A stretch of DNA of 64,000 nucleotides from an uncultured Desulfatitalea sp. (GCA_963668675.2 CAXXMB010000001.1:800001-864000), one strand, 5' to 3'; counted from the first letter of the stretch, positions 20,349 to 30,364 are shown. Notes: generated by a model from the sequence alone, not told the origin. A program made the numbers and translations.

Positions 20349-21695
20349 GTGCGACAATTGGATCACGAAAACAGTCATGCCTCCAGACAGATTTTCACTG
20401 TCTCCCAATTGACCAAGAAAATTAAATCGCTACTTGAGAAAAACTTCTCTATGATATGGATATCTGGAGAAGTTTCAAACCTGAGAATGCCGTCATCAGG
20501 ACACTCCTATTTCACTTTAAAAGATGAAAAGGCTCAAATTCCCTCCGTGATGTTTCGTGGCCAGCTTCGTCAACTACGGTTCGAGCTCGAAGATGGAATA
20601 AATATTATCGGTTTGGGGCGCATCAGCGTGTATGAGCCGCGAGGGAGTTATCAAATCATACTTGAGTACGCCGAGCCCAAAGGTGCGGGAGCGTTGCAAC
20701 TCGCTTTCGAGCAGACCAAGCAAAAGCTGGCCGCGGAAGGCCTGTTCGATGCCGAGCGTAAAAAGCCTTTACCTTTTTTGCCCCATACCGTTTGCGTCAT
20801 CACCTCGCCCACTGGCGCTGCGATTCAAGACATTTTGAACATTATCTTGCGACGGTTTTCAACAATCTGCATCAAGGTACTGCCGGTCCGTGTGCAGGGT
20901 GCCGCTGCTCCTGATGAGATCGTTGCTGCGCTTCAGCTTGCCAAACAGAAAATAGTGCCGGATGTAATCATTTTGGCAAGGGGGGGCGGCTCTATAGAAG
21001 ATCTGGCCGCTTTCAATTCAGAATCTGTTGCAAGGGCCATCTATGAGTCTGATATCCCAATCGTATCAGCCATCGGCCATGAAACAGATTTTACCATAGC
21101 GGACTTCGTGTCAGATGTTAGAGCGCCCACTCCATCGGCAGCCGCAGAACTCGTTGCGCCAGTGAAAGTCGAGCTTTTGTCCCGCTGTCTGGAGTTGAGG
21201 CAGCGTTGCTATAAATCGATCTCACAGATCGTTTCAGCCTATGAGGGGAGACTTGATCGGCTGCTGCGGGGCATGGTTCATCCTGTTAAAAAGGTCGAGG
21301 CGTTTCAGCAGCGCATCGATGAAATGCTGGGGCGACTTGGGAGGGCGAAAAGTGGGTTGATACGCGATCAGCACGCAAAATTGAACGAGATTCACTTCAG
21401 GTTGAAAAACTGTGCCCCTTCGTCGCATCTTCAAAAGATTCGATCGAAAGTTGAATTATTGTTATTCAGGATATTGAAATCTAATGAAAAGTACAATCTT
21501 TCCCTTCATGATCATCTTGGTGGGCTGAATGCCAAACTGCGCACTCTCAATCCCAAGGCTGTTTTAGAGCGTGGGTATAGTATTACGAGATGTTTGCCCG
21601 ATCTGGAGGTCGTAATGGACGCAAGCGAGGTGCAAAGTGGCCAATCGTTGGAAATCCTGCTTGCTAAAGGAAAGATCAAAGCCAAAAGCGAATGA
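20349..21695 (+). CDS. xseA: Exodeoxyribonuclease VII large subunit
   Basis: GEVSN, SGHSYFTLKD, ARGGGSIEDL, SAIGHETD and RAPTPSAAAE motifs. Confidence 0.95.
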   Translation: MRQLDHENSHASRQIFTVSQLTKKIKSLLEKNFSMIWISGEVSNLRMPSSGHSYFTLKDEKAQIPSVMFRGQLRQLRFELEDGINIIGLGRISVYEPRGSYQIILEYAEPKGAGALQLAFEQTKQKLAAEGLFDAERKKPLPFLPHTVCVITSPTGAAIQDILNIILRRFSTICIKVLPVRVQGAAAPDEIVAALQLAKQKIVPDVIILARGGGSIEDLAAFNSESVARAIYESDIPIVSAIGHETDFTIADFVSDVRAPTPSAAAELVAPVKVELLSRCLELRQRCYKSISQIVSAYEGRLDRLLRGMVHPVKKVEAFQQRIDEMLGRLGRAKSGLIRDQHAKLNEIHFRLKNCAPSSHLQKIRSKVELLLFRILKSNEKYNLSLHDHLGGLNAKLRTLNPKAVLERGYSITRCLPDLEVVMDASEVQSGQSLEILLAKGKIKAKSE

Positions 21696-21777
21696 TGGCG
21701 TCAAATAGGGTAAACGAAAAGATTGGGATCTGATACGTGCAAAACATGACAAATAAAAAGATGCAAGGACGGCACGA

Positions 21778-22023
21778 ATGAGCAAACTATCATTTGAAAA
21801 GGCACTCGAGCGGCTGGAATCCATTGTTCAGGAGATGGAATCGGGTGAATTATCGCTTGAAAATGCTTTAAAAAAGTTTGAAGAAGGGGTGAAGCTGTCG
21901 CATTTTTGCACCCAAAAACTGAATGAAACTGAAAAGAAAATTACACTATTAATGGAACAGAGCGACGGAACCGTGGTTGAGAAGCCTTTCGGCGAAACGG
22001 ATCAGGATGAGATAGATGGCTGA
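21778..22023 (+). CDS. xseB: Exodeoxyribonuclease VII small subunit
   Basis: SFEKALERLESIVQEMESGELSLENALKKFEEG. Confidence 0.95.
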   Translation: MSKLSFEKALERLESIVQEMESGELSLENALKKFEEGVKLSHFCTQKLNETEKKITLLMEQSDGTVVEKPFGETDQDEIDG

Positions 22024-22930
22024 GCCTGCTAAAGCCACATTCAAGCTCAAAGCCTATCTTGCCTCACAACGGCAGGTGGTGAACAGCGCCCTGAATAGAC
22101 ATCTGTCTCACCTACCAGATTCGTCCAAAATGACTGCCCCCATCACCTACGCATTATCGGCTGCCGGAAAACGGGTGCGGCCTATTCTTTGCCTGGCTGC
22201 ATGCAGCGCGGTCGGGGGAGCGTCCGAAATGGCACTGCCCGCAGCCTGTGCTTTGGAAATGATCCACACCTACTCCCTGATCCATGACGACCTCCCGGCT
22301 CTGGATAACGATGACCTCAGGCGCGGAAAACCGACCTGCCATGTACAGTTTGACGAGGCCACCGCCATTTTAACCGGTGACGCGCTATTGAACATGGCGT
22401 TCGAGACACTCTCTATAGCCGGTGCAGAACAGCCGTCCTCGAACGCTCAACTATGGATAGAGGTCGTCCGGATCATCTCAAAAGCCTCAGGTTGCCTCGG
22501 GATGATAGAGGGCCAAGCCAGGGATCTTTCGTATGAGGGTGTCAGGATCGGTCAGAGGCGATTAGAAGAGATGCATCGAATGAAAACCGGTGCTTTGATC
22601 GAAGCGGCCGTCCACGCCGGAGCCGTGTTGGGACGTGGCAGCGATGTTCAGATCGAAGGGTTGAAAACCTATGCCAACCATATCGGACTCGCCTTTCAGG
22701 TCAAGGACGATATTCTCAATATTCAAGGTGATCCGGATGTTTTGGGAAAAGCGGTGGGAACGGATGAATCCAGACAAAAAAACACCTACCCTGCCCTTCT
22801 GGGCCTTGAACCATCAAAGGCCTATGCTTTACAGCTCATAGCAGATGCCTTGCGGGCACTGGATATTTTTGATAACAACGCAGACCCCTTGCGGGCCATT
22901 GCACAATACATCGTGGATCGAGAACGATAG
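22016..22930 (+). CDS. ispA: Farnesyl/geranylgeranyl diphosphate synthase
   Basis: GKRVRP, HTYSLIHDDLPALDNDDLRRG (FARM) and FQVKDDIL (SARM). Confidence 0.93.
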   Translation: MAEPAKATFKLKAYLASQRQVVNSALNRHLSHLPDSSKMTAPITYALSAAGKRVRPILCLAACSAVGGASEMALPAACALEMIHTYSLIHDDLPALDNDDLRRGKPTCHVQFDEATAILTGDALLNMAFETLSIAGAEQPSSNAQLWIEVVRIISKASGCLGMIEGQARDLSYEGVRIGQRRLEEMHRMKTGALIEAAVHAGAVLGRGSDVQIEGLKTYANHIGLAFQVKDDILNIQGDPDVLGKAVGTDESRQKNTYPALLGLEPSKAYALQLIADALRALDIFDNNADPLRAIAQYIVDRER

Positions 22931-22949
22931 ATTTCAGGAGTAACATACG

Positions 22950-24866
22950 TTGAGTTTACTCGAAGGCATAGAGTCTCCGGCCGATCTGAAACAGTTGCCA
23001 CGTCAAAAGCTTCCGGATCTGGCAGCGGAGATTCGACGCATCATCGTTGACGTGGTCTCCAAAAACGGAGGACATCTGGCGTCAAGCCTTGGTGCGGTCG
23101 AACTGGCTATCGCGATCCACTACGTGTTTGACACCCCTCGGGACAAGGTGGTGTGGGATGTCGGTCACCAAGCCTACGCGCACAAGCTACTCACAGGTCG
23201 GCGCAGCTGCTTCAATTCATTGAGACAGCATGGCGGCCTTTCCGGTTTTACCAAACGCAGCGAAAGCGTTTACGATAGCTTCACCACTGGGCACAGCAGT
23301 ACTTCGATATCAGCCGCCTTGGGTATGGTTTGCGCCAATCGTCTGAGGGAAAAGAGCTCCAAGGTGGTGGCCGTTATCGGCGATGGATCGATGACCGCAG
23401 GCCTGGCCTACGAAGCGCTCAACCAGGCCGGGGATCTTCACAAGGACCTCATCGTCATCCTGAATGACAACGATATGTCCATTGCACGCAACGTCGGAGC
23501 CGTATCGTCCCTGTTAAGTCGCACCTTCTCGGACCAGCGCTTGCAGACGTGGCGCAAGGAGTTTGGTGAGTTTCTCAAATCACTGCCCAAAATCGGCGAC
23601 AACATTTACCACTGGGCCAAGCGATCCGAAGAGTCCTTTAAATCATTCGTTACACCGGGCATGCTGTTCGAGGCGTTTAACTTCGACTATTTTGGTCCCA
23701 TCAACGGTCACAACCTGAACCACCTGATATCCATCCTGCAGAACATTAAAACATTGAAAGACCCTGTGCTGCTGCATGTCACAACGACCAAGGGCAAGGG
23801 GTACGCCCAGGCAGAGAAGAATCCCGTCTATTTCCACGGTGTCGGCTGTTTTGATGTCGCAACAGGAAACAGCACTGCGCCCGAGTGTATCACCCCCACG
23901 TACACATCGGTTTTCGGCAATTTCATGGTCAAGCTGGCCCGGGAAAACGAGAAAGTGGTCGCAGTGACAGCCGCCATGCCCGAAGGAACCGGGTTGGCCA
24001 AATTTGCCCAAAAATTTCCAGACCGGTTCTTCGATGTGGGTATTGCAGAACAGCACGGCGTTACCTTTGCGGCCGGGATGGCGACAGAGGGATTCCGACC
24101 TGTGGTGGCGATCTACTCGACCTTCCTTCAGCGAGCCTTCGACCAAATTGTCCACGACGTCTGCATCGAACGCCTCCCGTTGGTTTTCGCCATAGACCGC
24201 GGAGGCCTGGTAGGTGAAGACGGACCCACTCACCATGGCCAGTTCGACCTCTCCTATTTGCGCAGTCTGCCCAATATGGTGGTGATGGCACCCAAGGACG
24301 AAAATGAGCTTTGCCGCATGATGGCTACCGCCATAAAACACGACGGCCCCATAGCGATAAGGTATCCAAGGGGAATGGGCGTCGGCGTACCCATAGAGGA
24401 GAGCCCTGAACCGCTGATCATTGGCAAATCCGAGATTCTGACCCGGGGAGACGACCTGCTCATACTGGCGATCGGAAATATGGTGTCCACTGCAATGGCG
24501 GCAAGAGAATCGCTTGAGGCGGAAGGCGTTCACGCCACGCTCGTCAACTGCCGATTCGTCAAACCATTGGACACGACCACCATAACCCGCCTGGTCCGAA
24601 AGATTCCCTTCGTGATTACCATAGAGGAGAATACCCTTACCGGAGGATTTGGAAGCGCGGTGATCGAGACGCTCTGCGACGAAGCCGTCAATCCGTTTTT
24701 TATTAAGCGCATCGGCCTTCCAGATCGCTTTGTCGAGCACGGATCGGCATCGGTATTACGCTCGACATACGGCTTAGATCGGCAGAGTATCGTCGATGCC
24801 GCGAGGGAACTTTTTGAACAACATGCGCCATCTAAAAACATCAGTGTGCTGGCACGGCACAAGTAA
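22950..24866 (+). CDS. dxs: 1-deoxy-D-xylulose-5-phosphate synthase
   Basis: GGHLASSLG, WDVGHQAYAHK, GDGSMTAG, DVGIAEQH and GEDGPTHHG; TTG start after a CAGGAG RBS. Confidence 0.97.
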   Translation: MSLLEGIESPADLKQLPRQKLPDLAAEIRRIIVDVVSKNGGHLASSLGAVELAIAIHYVFDTPRDKVVWDVGHQAYAHKLLTGRRSCFNSLRQHGGLSGFTKRSESVYDSFTTGHSSTSISAALGMVCANRLREKSSKVVAVIGDGSMTAGLAYEALNQAGDLHKDLIVILNDNDMSIARNVGAVSSLLSRTFSDQRLQTWRKEFGEFLKSLPKIGDNIYHWAKRSEESFKSFVTPGMLFEAFNFDYFGPINGHNLNHLISILQNIKTLKDPVLLHVTTTKGKGYAQAEKNPVYFHGVGCFDVATGNSTAPECITPTYTSVFGNFMVKLARENEKVVAVTAAMPEGTGLAKFAQKFPDRFFDVGIAEQHGVTFAAGMATEGFRPVVAIYSTFLQRAFDQIVHDVCIERLPLVFAIDRGGLVGEDGPTHHGQFDLSYLRSLPNMVVMAPKDENELCRMMATAIKHDGPIAIRYPRGMGVGVPIEESPEPLIIGKSEILTRGDDLLILAIGNMVSTAMAARESLEAEGVHATLVNCRFVKPLDTTTITRLVRKIPFVITIEENTLTGGFGSAVIETLCDEAVNPFFIKRIGLPDRFVEHGSASVLRSTYGLDRQSIVDAARELFEQHAPSKNISVLARHK

Positions 24867-24877
24867 GCCTTTTTGGC

Positions 24878-25627
24878 ATGCCCGTTAAAAAACGTTTGGA
24901 CATTTTGCTGGTCGATAAAGGATTGGTTGCCACCCGTCCGAGGGCCAAAGCGTTGATCATGGCCGGTAAAATCCTTGTGGACGGACAGCCCAGCGACAAA
25001 CCCGGAGTGGCGATCTCCGTCGACGCGTCGATCGACGTCAAAGGGGAGGATCTCCCCTATGTGAGCCGGGGCGGACTGAAATTGGCAGCTGCATTAGAAT
25101 CGCTCTCCCTTGAGATCGACCAGTGGGTATGCCTCGATGTGGGTGCTTCAACCGGAGGTTTTACCGATTGCATGTTGCAGCGCGGGGCCAAACGGGTCTA
25201 TGCGGTCGATGTGGGATACGGTCAACTGGCCTGGTCGCTGCGCCAGGATCCGCGCGTAATCCCTATTGAACGCACCAACATCCGCCATATGGCTCAGGAT
25301 CGCTTACCAGAACCGGTCGACCTCGCAACCATCGACGCCTCGTTTATCTCTTTGAAAATCGTCGTACCGGCCGTAAAAAAATTCCTGAAGCCCGATGGAC
25401 GCATCCTGGCATTGATCAAGCCCCAGTTTGAAGTCGGTAGAGGGCAGGTTGGCAAGGGGGGCGTGGTGAAAGATCCGCAGCTTCATCATGCGGTGATCGA
25501 AGCGTTAACCGATTATTTTATAAAGCAGGGGTTTACATGTGGTCCGGTTGTGCCATCGCCCATTCTTGGTCCGAAGGGCAACCGGGAATTCGTCATTCTG
25601 CTGTCCGGAAGTGATTCTGTTTTATAA
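24878..25627 (+). CDS. tlyA: TlyA family rRNA 2'-O-methyltransferase
   Basis: S4-like KRLD, YVSRGGLKL, DVGASTGGFTD, LIKPQFE and GPKGNREF motifs. Confidence 0.93.
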   Translation: MPVKKRLDILLVDKGLVATRPRAKALIMAGKILVDGQPSDKPGVAISVDASIDVKGEDLPYVSRGGLKLAAALESLSLEIDQWVCLDVGASTGGFTDCMLQRGAKRVYAVDVGYGQLAWSLRQDPRVIPIERTNIRHMAQDRLPEPVDLATIDASFISLKIVVPAVKKFLKPDGRILALIKPQFEVGRGQVGKGGVVKDPQLHHAVIEALTDYFIKQGFTCGPVVPSPILGPKGNREFVILLSGSDSVL

Positions 25628-25730
25628 TCAAGGTTTTTTGCCCTTGATTTTTTCAGGTTGCCTGTATATCAATAAAAATTTTAACAGAACCCCCACATAT
25701 ATGCTTAGAGAGGAGCAAGAGTGATCGAAA

Positions 25731-27800
25731 ATGGCAGATAAGCTGAGAAACATCGCCCTTGTCGCCCATGGTGGTGCGGGCAAAACATCGATTGCAGAGG
25801 CTATACTGTTCAAGACGGGCATCACAACCCGGCAGGGTCGTACCGAAGATGGCAATACGTTCATGGACTTTGAGCCCGAAGAGCTGAAGCGTCAAACGAG
25901 CATTAACACCAGCTTTGCTCAAGTTCCCTGGAAAAAACACGCCATTAACATCATCGACACGCCGGGTGACCAGAATTTTTTCACCGATACGAAACTGTGC
26001 ATGCAGGCGGCCGATGCCGTGGTCGTGGTGATCGATGCCGTGGACGGTGTGAAGGTTCAGACGGAGCAGGCGTTTGAATTTGCAAAGGATTTCAACCAGC
26101 CGGCCGCCATTTTCATCAACAAACTGGATCGTGAGCGCGCTGATTTCCAACGCACCTTTCAGGACGCCACCGAATCGTTCGAGTCCCCCAAACCGATCAT
26201 TATACAGTTGCCCGTGGGCACAGAAGCAGAATTCAAGGGGGTGATCGATCTTGTTTCCATGAAAGCTTATCTCTACGACGACAAGGGGAATGCAAATGAG
26301 GCGGCTATTCCCGATGATATGAAAGATGAGGCGGATTCAGAACGTGAAGCCATGATCGAGAATATTGCCGAGGCGGACGACGCCTTGATCGAAAAGTACC
26401 TTGAAGGTGAAACGATCAGCGATGACGAAATAAAGGCAACGCTGCGAAAAGGGGTTCTCTCTCGAACGTTCGTACCGGTGTTGTGTGGATCGGCCACCAA
26501 AAACATCGGCGTGGACCTGCTGATGGACTTCGCGATCAACTGCCTCCCCTCCCCTCTGGATATTCCGGCTCGCAAATGCTTCAGCCTGGCTGATAAGAGC
26601 GAAGGTGAGTGTGCGCCAGATCCGGATGCGCCATTCACCGGATTTGTTTTTAAAACCGTTGCCGATCCTTACGCCGGCCGTCTCTCAATATTTCGAGTGG
26701 TAAGTGGCACACTGTCAGGCGACGGAAATATTTACAACGCAACCAAAGAGGCCAAAGAGCGCTACAATCAACTGTTGACCATCATGGGCAAAGAACAGAA
26801 ACCGGTCAACGAAGCTGGCCCCGGGGCCATTGTCGCCGTTGCCAAACTCAAAGAGACCACCACAGGGGACACCCTGTGCGCCGATAACAAAAAGGTGACC
26901 TTCGAGTTGGCCTCTTCCATACCGACACTCATCACCTTCGCCCTTGAACCCAAATCCAAGGGGGATGAAGACAAGATCTTCTCATCGCTCAACAAGCTGC
27001 TCGAAGAGGATCGGGGGCTGAAAATCGATCGCAATTCGGAGACCAAGGAGATCCTCCTCTCCGGATCCGGCCAGGTCCATATCGAGGCGACGATCGAGAA
27101 ACTGAAACGTAAATATAATGTAGAGGTCAACCTCAAAGCGCCCAAGGTACCCTACCGTGAGACCTTCAAGAAAAAAGTTCGTGTTCAGGGACGCCATAAA
27201 AAGCAGACCGGTGGCCATGGTCAGTTTGGGGATTGCTGGATTCAAATGGAGCCGATGCCTCGCGGCGGCGGGTTTGAATTCGTTGACGCCATTGTTGGCG
27301 GTGTGATTCCGAAAACCTATATCCCGGCAGTCGAGAAGGGGATTATCGAATCGTCTAAAAAAGGCGTTTTGGCCGGCTTCCCGACGGTCGATTTCAGGGT
27401 TACCCTCGATGACGGCTCCTACCATGCGGTCGACAGCTCTGAAATGGCCTTTAAAGTCGCCGGCAGCCTGGCCTTTAAAAAAGCGGCCGAGCAGGCCGGC
27501 CCCGTCCTCCTGGAGCCCATCATGAAGGTTAAGATCACCACGCCAGATGAGTTTATGGGAGACATCATGGGTGATCTTAACGGCAGGCGCGGCCGGGTGC
27601 TCGGCATGGACAGTGCAGGCAAGTACCAGGTGATCAACGCAGAGGTCCCCATGGCGGAGTTTCTCACCTACGCTCCGGATCTACGTTCCATGACAGGCGG
27701 ACGCGGCATCTTTTCCATGGAGTTTGAGCGTTACGACGAAGTGCCGGCCCAGATCGCCGAAAAGCTATTGGTAGAGCTCAAAAGTGGTCAGGACGAATAA
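25731..27800 (+). CDS. fusA: Elongation factor G paralogue (EF-G2-like)
   Basis: Full EF-G architecture (DTPG, NKLD, KKQTGGHGQFGD, YHAVDSSEMAF) with divergent G1 AHGGAGKT and G2 RQTSI; stand-alone, not in the str operon. Confidence 0.9.
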   Translation: MADKLRNIALVAHGGAGKTSIAEAILFKTGITTRQGRTEDGNTFMDFEPEELKRQTSINTSFAQVPWKKHAINIIDTPGDQNFFTDTKLCMQAADAVVVVIDAVDGVKVQTEQAFEFAKDFNQPAAIFINKLDRERADFQRTFQDATESFESPKPIIIQLPVGTEAEFKGVIDLVSMKAYLYDDKGNANEAAIPDDMKDEADSEREAMIENIAEADDALIEKYLEGETISDDEIKATLRKGVLSRTFVPVLCGSATKNIGVDLLMDFAINCLPSPLDIPARKCFSLADKSEGECAPDPDAPFTGFVFKTVADPYAGRLSIFRVVSGTLSGDGNIYNATKEAKERYNQLLTIMGKEQKPVNEAGPGAIVAVAKLKETTTGDTLCADNKKVTFELASSIPTLITFALEPKSKGDEDKIFSSLNKLLEEDRGLKIDRNSETKEILLSGSGQVHIEATIEKLKRKYNVEVNLKAPKVPYRETFKKKVRVQGRHKKQTGGHGQFGDCWIQMEPMPRGGGFEFVDAIVGGVIPKTYIPAVEKGIIESSKKGVLAGFPTVDFRVTLDDGSYHAVDSSEMAFKVAGSLAFKKAAEQAGPVLLEPIMKVKITTPDEFMGDIMGDLNGRRGRVLGMDSAGKYQVINAEVPMAEFLTYAPDLRSMTGGRGIFSMEFERYDEVPAQIAEKLLVELKSGQDE

Positions 27801-27827
27801 AAAAGGATAAGGAAAAACCGGCAATAT

Positions 27828-27872
27828 AAAAAAGAGCCGAAACACCCCTACAGGCGTTTCGGCTCTTTTTTT
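27828..27872. terminator. Bidirectional intrinsic terminator
   Basis: AAAAAAGAGCCGAAAC...GTTTCGGCTCTTTTTT perfect inverted repeat between the convergent EF-G and SPL-like genes. Confidence 0.85.
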
Positions 27873-27879
27873 ATCGATT

Positions 27880-28986
27880 TTAACCGTTACGTCTTCTCAA
27901 GCCGCAATGCAGGCGAGCGCTTCGATCCAGCATGGCGGGCAGACCGCCTTTTGATTCGGGCGTGAACCCCAGACAGGTCTCCCACACCTGATCATCCTCC
28001 ATACAGAAATATACCGTGACGCCCGGGGCACGCTCTTTTATCCAGCTTGCCAGCTTTTGGTATACCTTCATACGCAGGGGTTTAAAATAGCGCATCTTGC
28101 CATCAAGCCCTGGAATGAACTCGCCGTAAATGATATCGGATTCGGGAAAGCGTTGACTTACAATTGATTGCAGGGCCGGCATGAAGCGGAAGGTTCCCAT
28201 GCTGATCCACACGATATCATCGGCCGGGATCGTGTCGAACAGCGTCTCAATCACCTTAGCGTAATCAGACTCCCACTCTGGATAGACAAAAATGGGGTCG
28301 AAATGAAATGCAAGGGGATAGCCGTGTGACTGACAGGTCGATGCGGCCCGAAGACGCGCCTGCAGTGAAGCGGTGCCGCGCTCCTGGGTGGCGATGATGC
28401 GGGGCGTGTTCAGCGACCAGGACACAATGGTTTTTTTTTGATGGTTCAGCCCCTTCAGACGATCAATTGCCGTGGTTTTGGTCTTCAGTTCCAAGACCGA
28501 ATTGTCCTGCCTGGCAAAACGCTCCACCAGCTTGGGAGTGAGATCAGACCAAGGTTCCCATATGAGGCTGTCGGTAAATTCACCAGTACCGATGCGCAAT
28601 CTTTCCGGCCGCATGAGGGCCTGGTCGAGATCATCGATCAGTTTGTCATGGTTGATGAAATATTGAAGCAGGGGTGGATGAAAATAGGTTTGCAAGATAC
28701 AGTAGGCGCAATCCATCGTACAGTAGGTGCCGATGTTTAGAATCTGGTAATCACAGCAGGTATACTCCCGCGTGCCAGGACACTTCCGAATGAACGGCCC
28801 CTGGTTTTGAGTCAATAGAAGGATCTGCTTGCCCTTTTGGCAAGGATCCTTCGCCTGCTTCAGCGTATCGAATAGCGCGTGTCGATCTTCAACCACCACC
28901 GGCGTCAATTCCAAGGCGCCTGCGAAATCGTCAACGAGAGGGAACTGGGCCACCGATATGTCTACATAGAGTTTTTCGATGCGCAT
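27880..28986 (-). CDS. Spore photoproduct lyase (SplB)-family radical SAM protein
   Basis: CTMDCAYC (CxxxCxxC), RIGTGEFTDSL, LELKTK, SWSLN, FHFDP, DGKMRY and YFCME motifs. Confidence 0.85.
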   Translation of the reverse strand: MRIEKLYVDISVAQFPLVDDFAGALELTPVVVEDRHALFDTLKQAKDPCQKGKQILLLTQNQGPFIRKCPGTREYTCCDYQILNIGTYCTMDCAYCILQTYFHPPLLQYFINHDKLIDDLDQALMRPERLRIGTGEFTDSLIWEPWSDLTPKLVERFARQDNSVLELKTKTTAIDRLKGLNHQKKTIVSWSLNTPRIIATQERGTASLQARLRAASTCQSHGYPLAFHFDPIFVYPEWESDYAKVIETLFDTIPADDIVWISMGTFRFMPALQSIVSQRFPESDIIYGEFIPGLDGKMRYFKPLRMKVYQKLASWIKERAPGVTVYFCMEDDQVWETCLGFTPESKGGLPAMLDRSARLHCGLRRRNG

Positions 28987-29058
28987 GATGGTCCGACTTG
29001 TCTCTTATCTCGTCGATGATCTTTTATGTGGAGGGTTGCGGAGCGATAAAAAAATATC

Positions 29059-29253
29059 TCATTTCAGGTACTTCACCAGAGGAAGCAGGAGCAGTAATCC
29101 GATAATGAGAAGGCCCGGGATCGAGAGATAGACTGCGTACCACGGCCTCCCTTCCCTTTTGATTCTCTGGATATCTTTGAGGTACCAGTTGCCGAGAATA
29201 ACAGCTGCCAGCAAAACGCAGACAGCTTGAATCAGGGTGACTACAATTTGCAT
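29059..29253 (-). CDS. Small hypothetical membrane protein (2 TM)
   Basis: 64 aa with two hydrophobic stretches; GGTAGGTG-type RBS; sits 11 nt after the upstream ORF. Confidence 0.6.
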   Translation of the reverse strand: MQIVVTLIQAVCVLLAAVILGNWYLKDIQRIKREGRPWYAVYLSIPGLLIIGLLLLLPLVKYLK

Positions 29254-29264
29254 GGGTGGAACAC

Positions 29265-29597
29265 CTACCCTTTCAAAAGGAGCGCCATTCGCAGGGTAGT
29301 ATGGCAATCGTCCTGCCATGGCCAGAATTTAGCGATAACCGTACCTTCGTCGAACTCCTTCTCGAACAGCGTCTGTTCAATGCGGATACCACCTGTTCTG
29401 GATGTCAGCGCCAGATCCTTGGCACTCGGTTCCTGGCCTTGGGGTTTGCTCGGCTCTCCCAGAGCCGCGGAGAGGATCTGAAACCAGGATGACAAATCGT
29501 TATTCAGGAAAACGAGGTCAACGAATTCATCGGTAACACATCGTTTTTCTGTCACCGTCAGGTGGCTGAATTGATTTACTATTTTTACCAGTGGCAT
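29265..29597 (-). CDS. Hypothetical protein
   Basis: 110 aa from an ATG with a GAGGGG RBS and an upstream promoter; GGIRxxQTL and FWPW motif-like segments. Confidence 0.65.
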   Translation of the reverse strand: MPLVKIVNQFSHLTVTEKRCVTDEFVDLVFLNNDLSSWFQILSAALGEPSKPQGQEPSAKDLALTSRTGGIRIEQTLFEKEFDEGTVIAKFWPWQDDCHTTLRMALLLKG

Positions 29598-29676
29598 CTT
29601 TGAGTCTTCCCCTCGCACTGTTCGTTCGGTGGCATAACGCAAGCCCTTGAAGGTGTTGTTCGATAGGTCAGGGGCG

Positions 29677-29706
29677 AGTATAGAAAAAAGGATTACCGAG
29701 TGTCAA
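29677..29706 (-). promoter_or_regulatory. Sigma70-type promoter for the 29597-27880 gene run
   Basis: TTGACA-N18-TATACT on the minus strand. Confidence 0.55.
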
Positions 29707-29839
29707 AGGATTTCCTGAGCGCGACGAATTTTGGAGCGTTTCACGTGAAAACACATTTTGTAGTATTTACAGAGAGAACTGTCCACAACCCATGGCCGCG
29801 GAGTGATTTTTATGCCATTTGATACATAGGGATGTTTTT

Positions 29840-30250
29840 CTATTCGGATGGAAGCGATAGCAACGCTATGCGATCAGCTACGAAGCCGAAGAAACCCTCT
29901 CCCGAATTATTGGAAAAGTACCATCCGATGTGGGTAAGGCATGAGGAGCAGATGATAATCCGCCATGAATGGCCTGAAAACCAGGTGAATTCAGCGGAGG
30001 AGGGACCGATGAAGCTGTAGCCGAGCGCATTGGAAAAACACTTGATATCGAAAACAATACCGCTTGGGTTGGCGAAGGTGTGCTCGTGGCGTCCTTGAAC
30101 GTTGAGATGAAAGCCGGGCTGGGTGATCCGTTGGTTGCACTGCCGACAGACATACCAATTCTCTTCTCTGACTTCGTGTATTGAAGTTGCTGAATCAGCT
30201 TCCTCTTTGGGGACTTGAGGCGCTGGTGCATCGGTTTTGAAGAAAAGCAT
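29840..30250 (-). CDS. Bacterial cereblon-family (CULT domain) protein
   Basis: Two CxxC zinc pairs (CRQC, CSSC), an ANPSG motif and an aromatic cage FTWFSGHSW...HIGWYF. Confidence 0.85.
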   Translation of the reverse strand: MLFFKTDAPAPQVPKEEADSATSIHEVREENWYVCRQCNQRITQPGFHLNVQGRHEHTFANPSGIVFDIKCFSNALGYSFIGPSSAEFTWFSGHSWRIIICSSCLTHIGWYFSNNSGEGFFGFVADRIALLSLPSE

Positions 30251-30364
30251 CGACTCAGTGCCTGCTCTGTGGCTGAATCACTGCAAGGTGCATTAACGTT
30301 TCAATCTCATCGGGGCAAAACGTTTGTTGATAAAAAAGCCATTTTATCATGCTATAATCTGTTG

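Noticed and set aside
23643..24740. 365-aa antisense ORF
   Set aside because: It lies entirely opposite dxs and is a shadow ORF of GC-rich codon usage.
28431..28439. T9 homopolymer in the SPL-like gene as a phase-variation tract
   Set aside because: The frame is intact (Gln-Lys-Lys-Thr codons) and there is no evidence of switching.
29737..29752. parS-like palindrome CGTTTCACGTGAAAAC (12-bp perfect core)
   Set aside because: Only 13/16 to TGTTTCACGTGAAACA, single copy, and about 9 kb from dif, whereas parS sites cluster near oriC. Another factor's site is not excluded.
29779..29787. DnaA-box-like CTGTCCACA
   Set aside because: Two mismatches, isolated, and in a terminus context.
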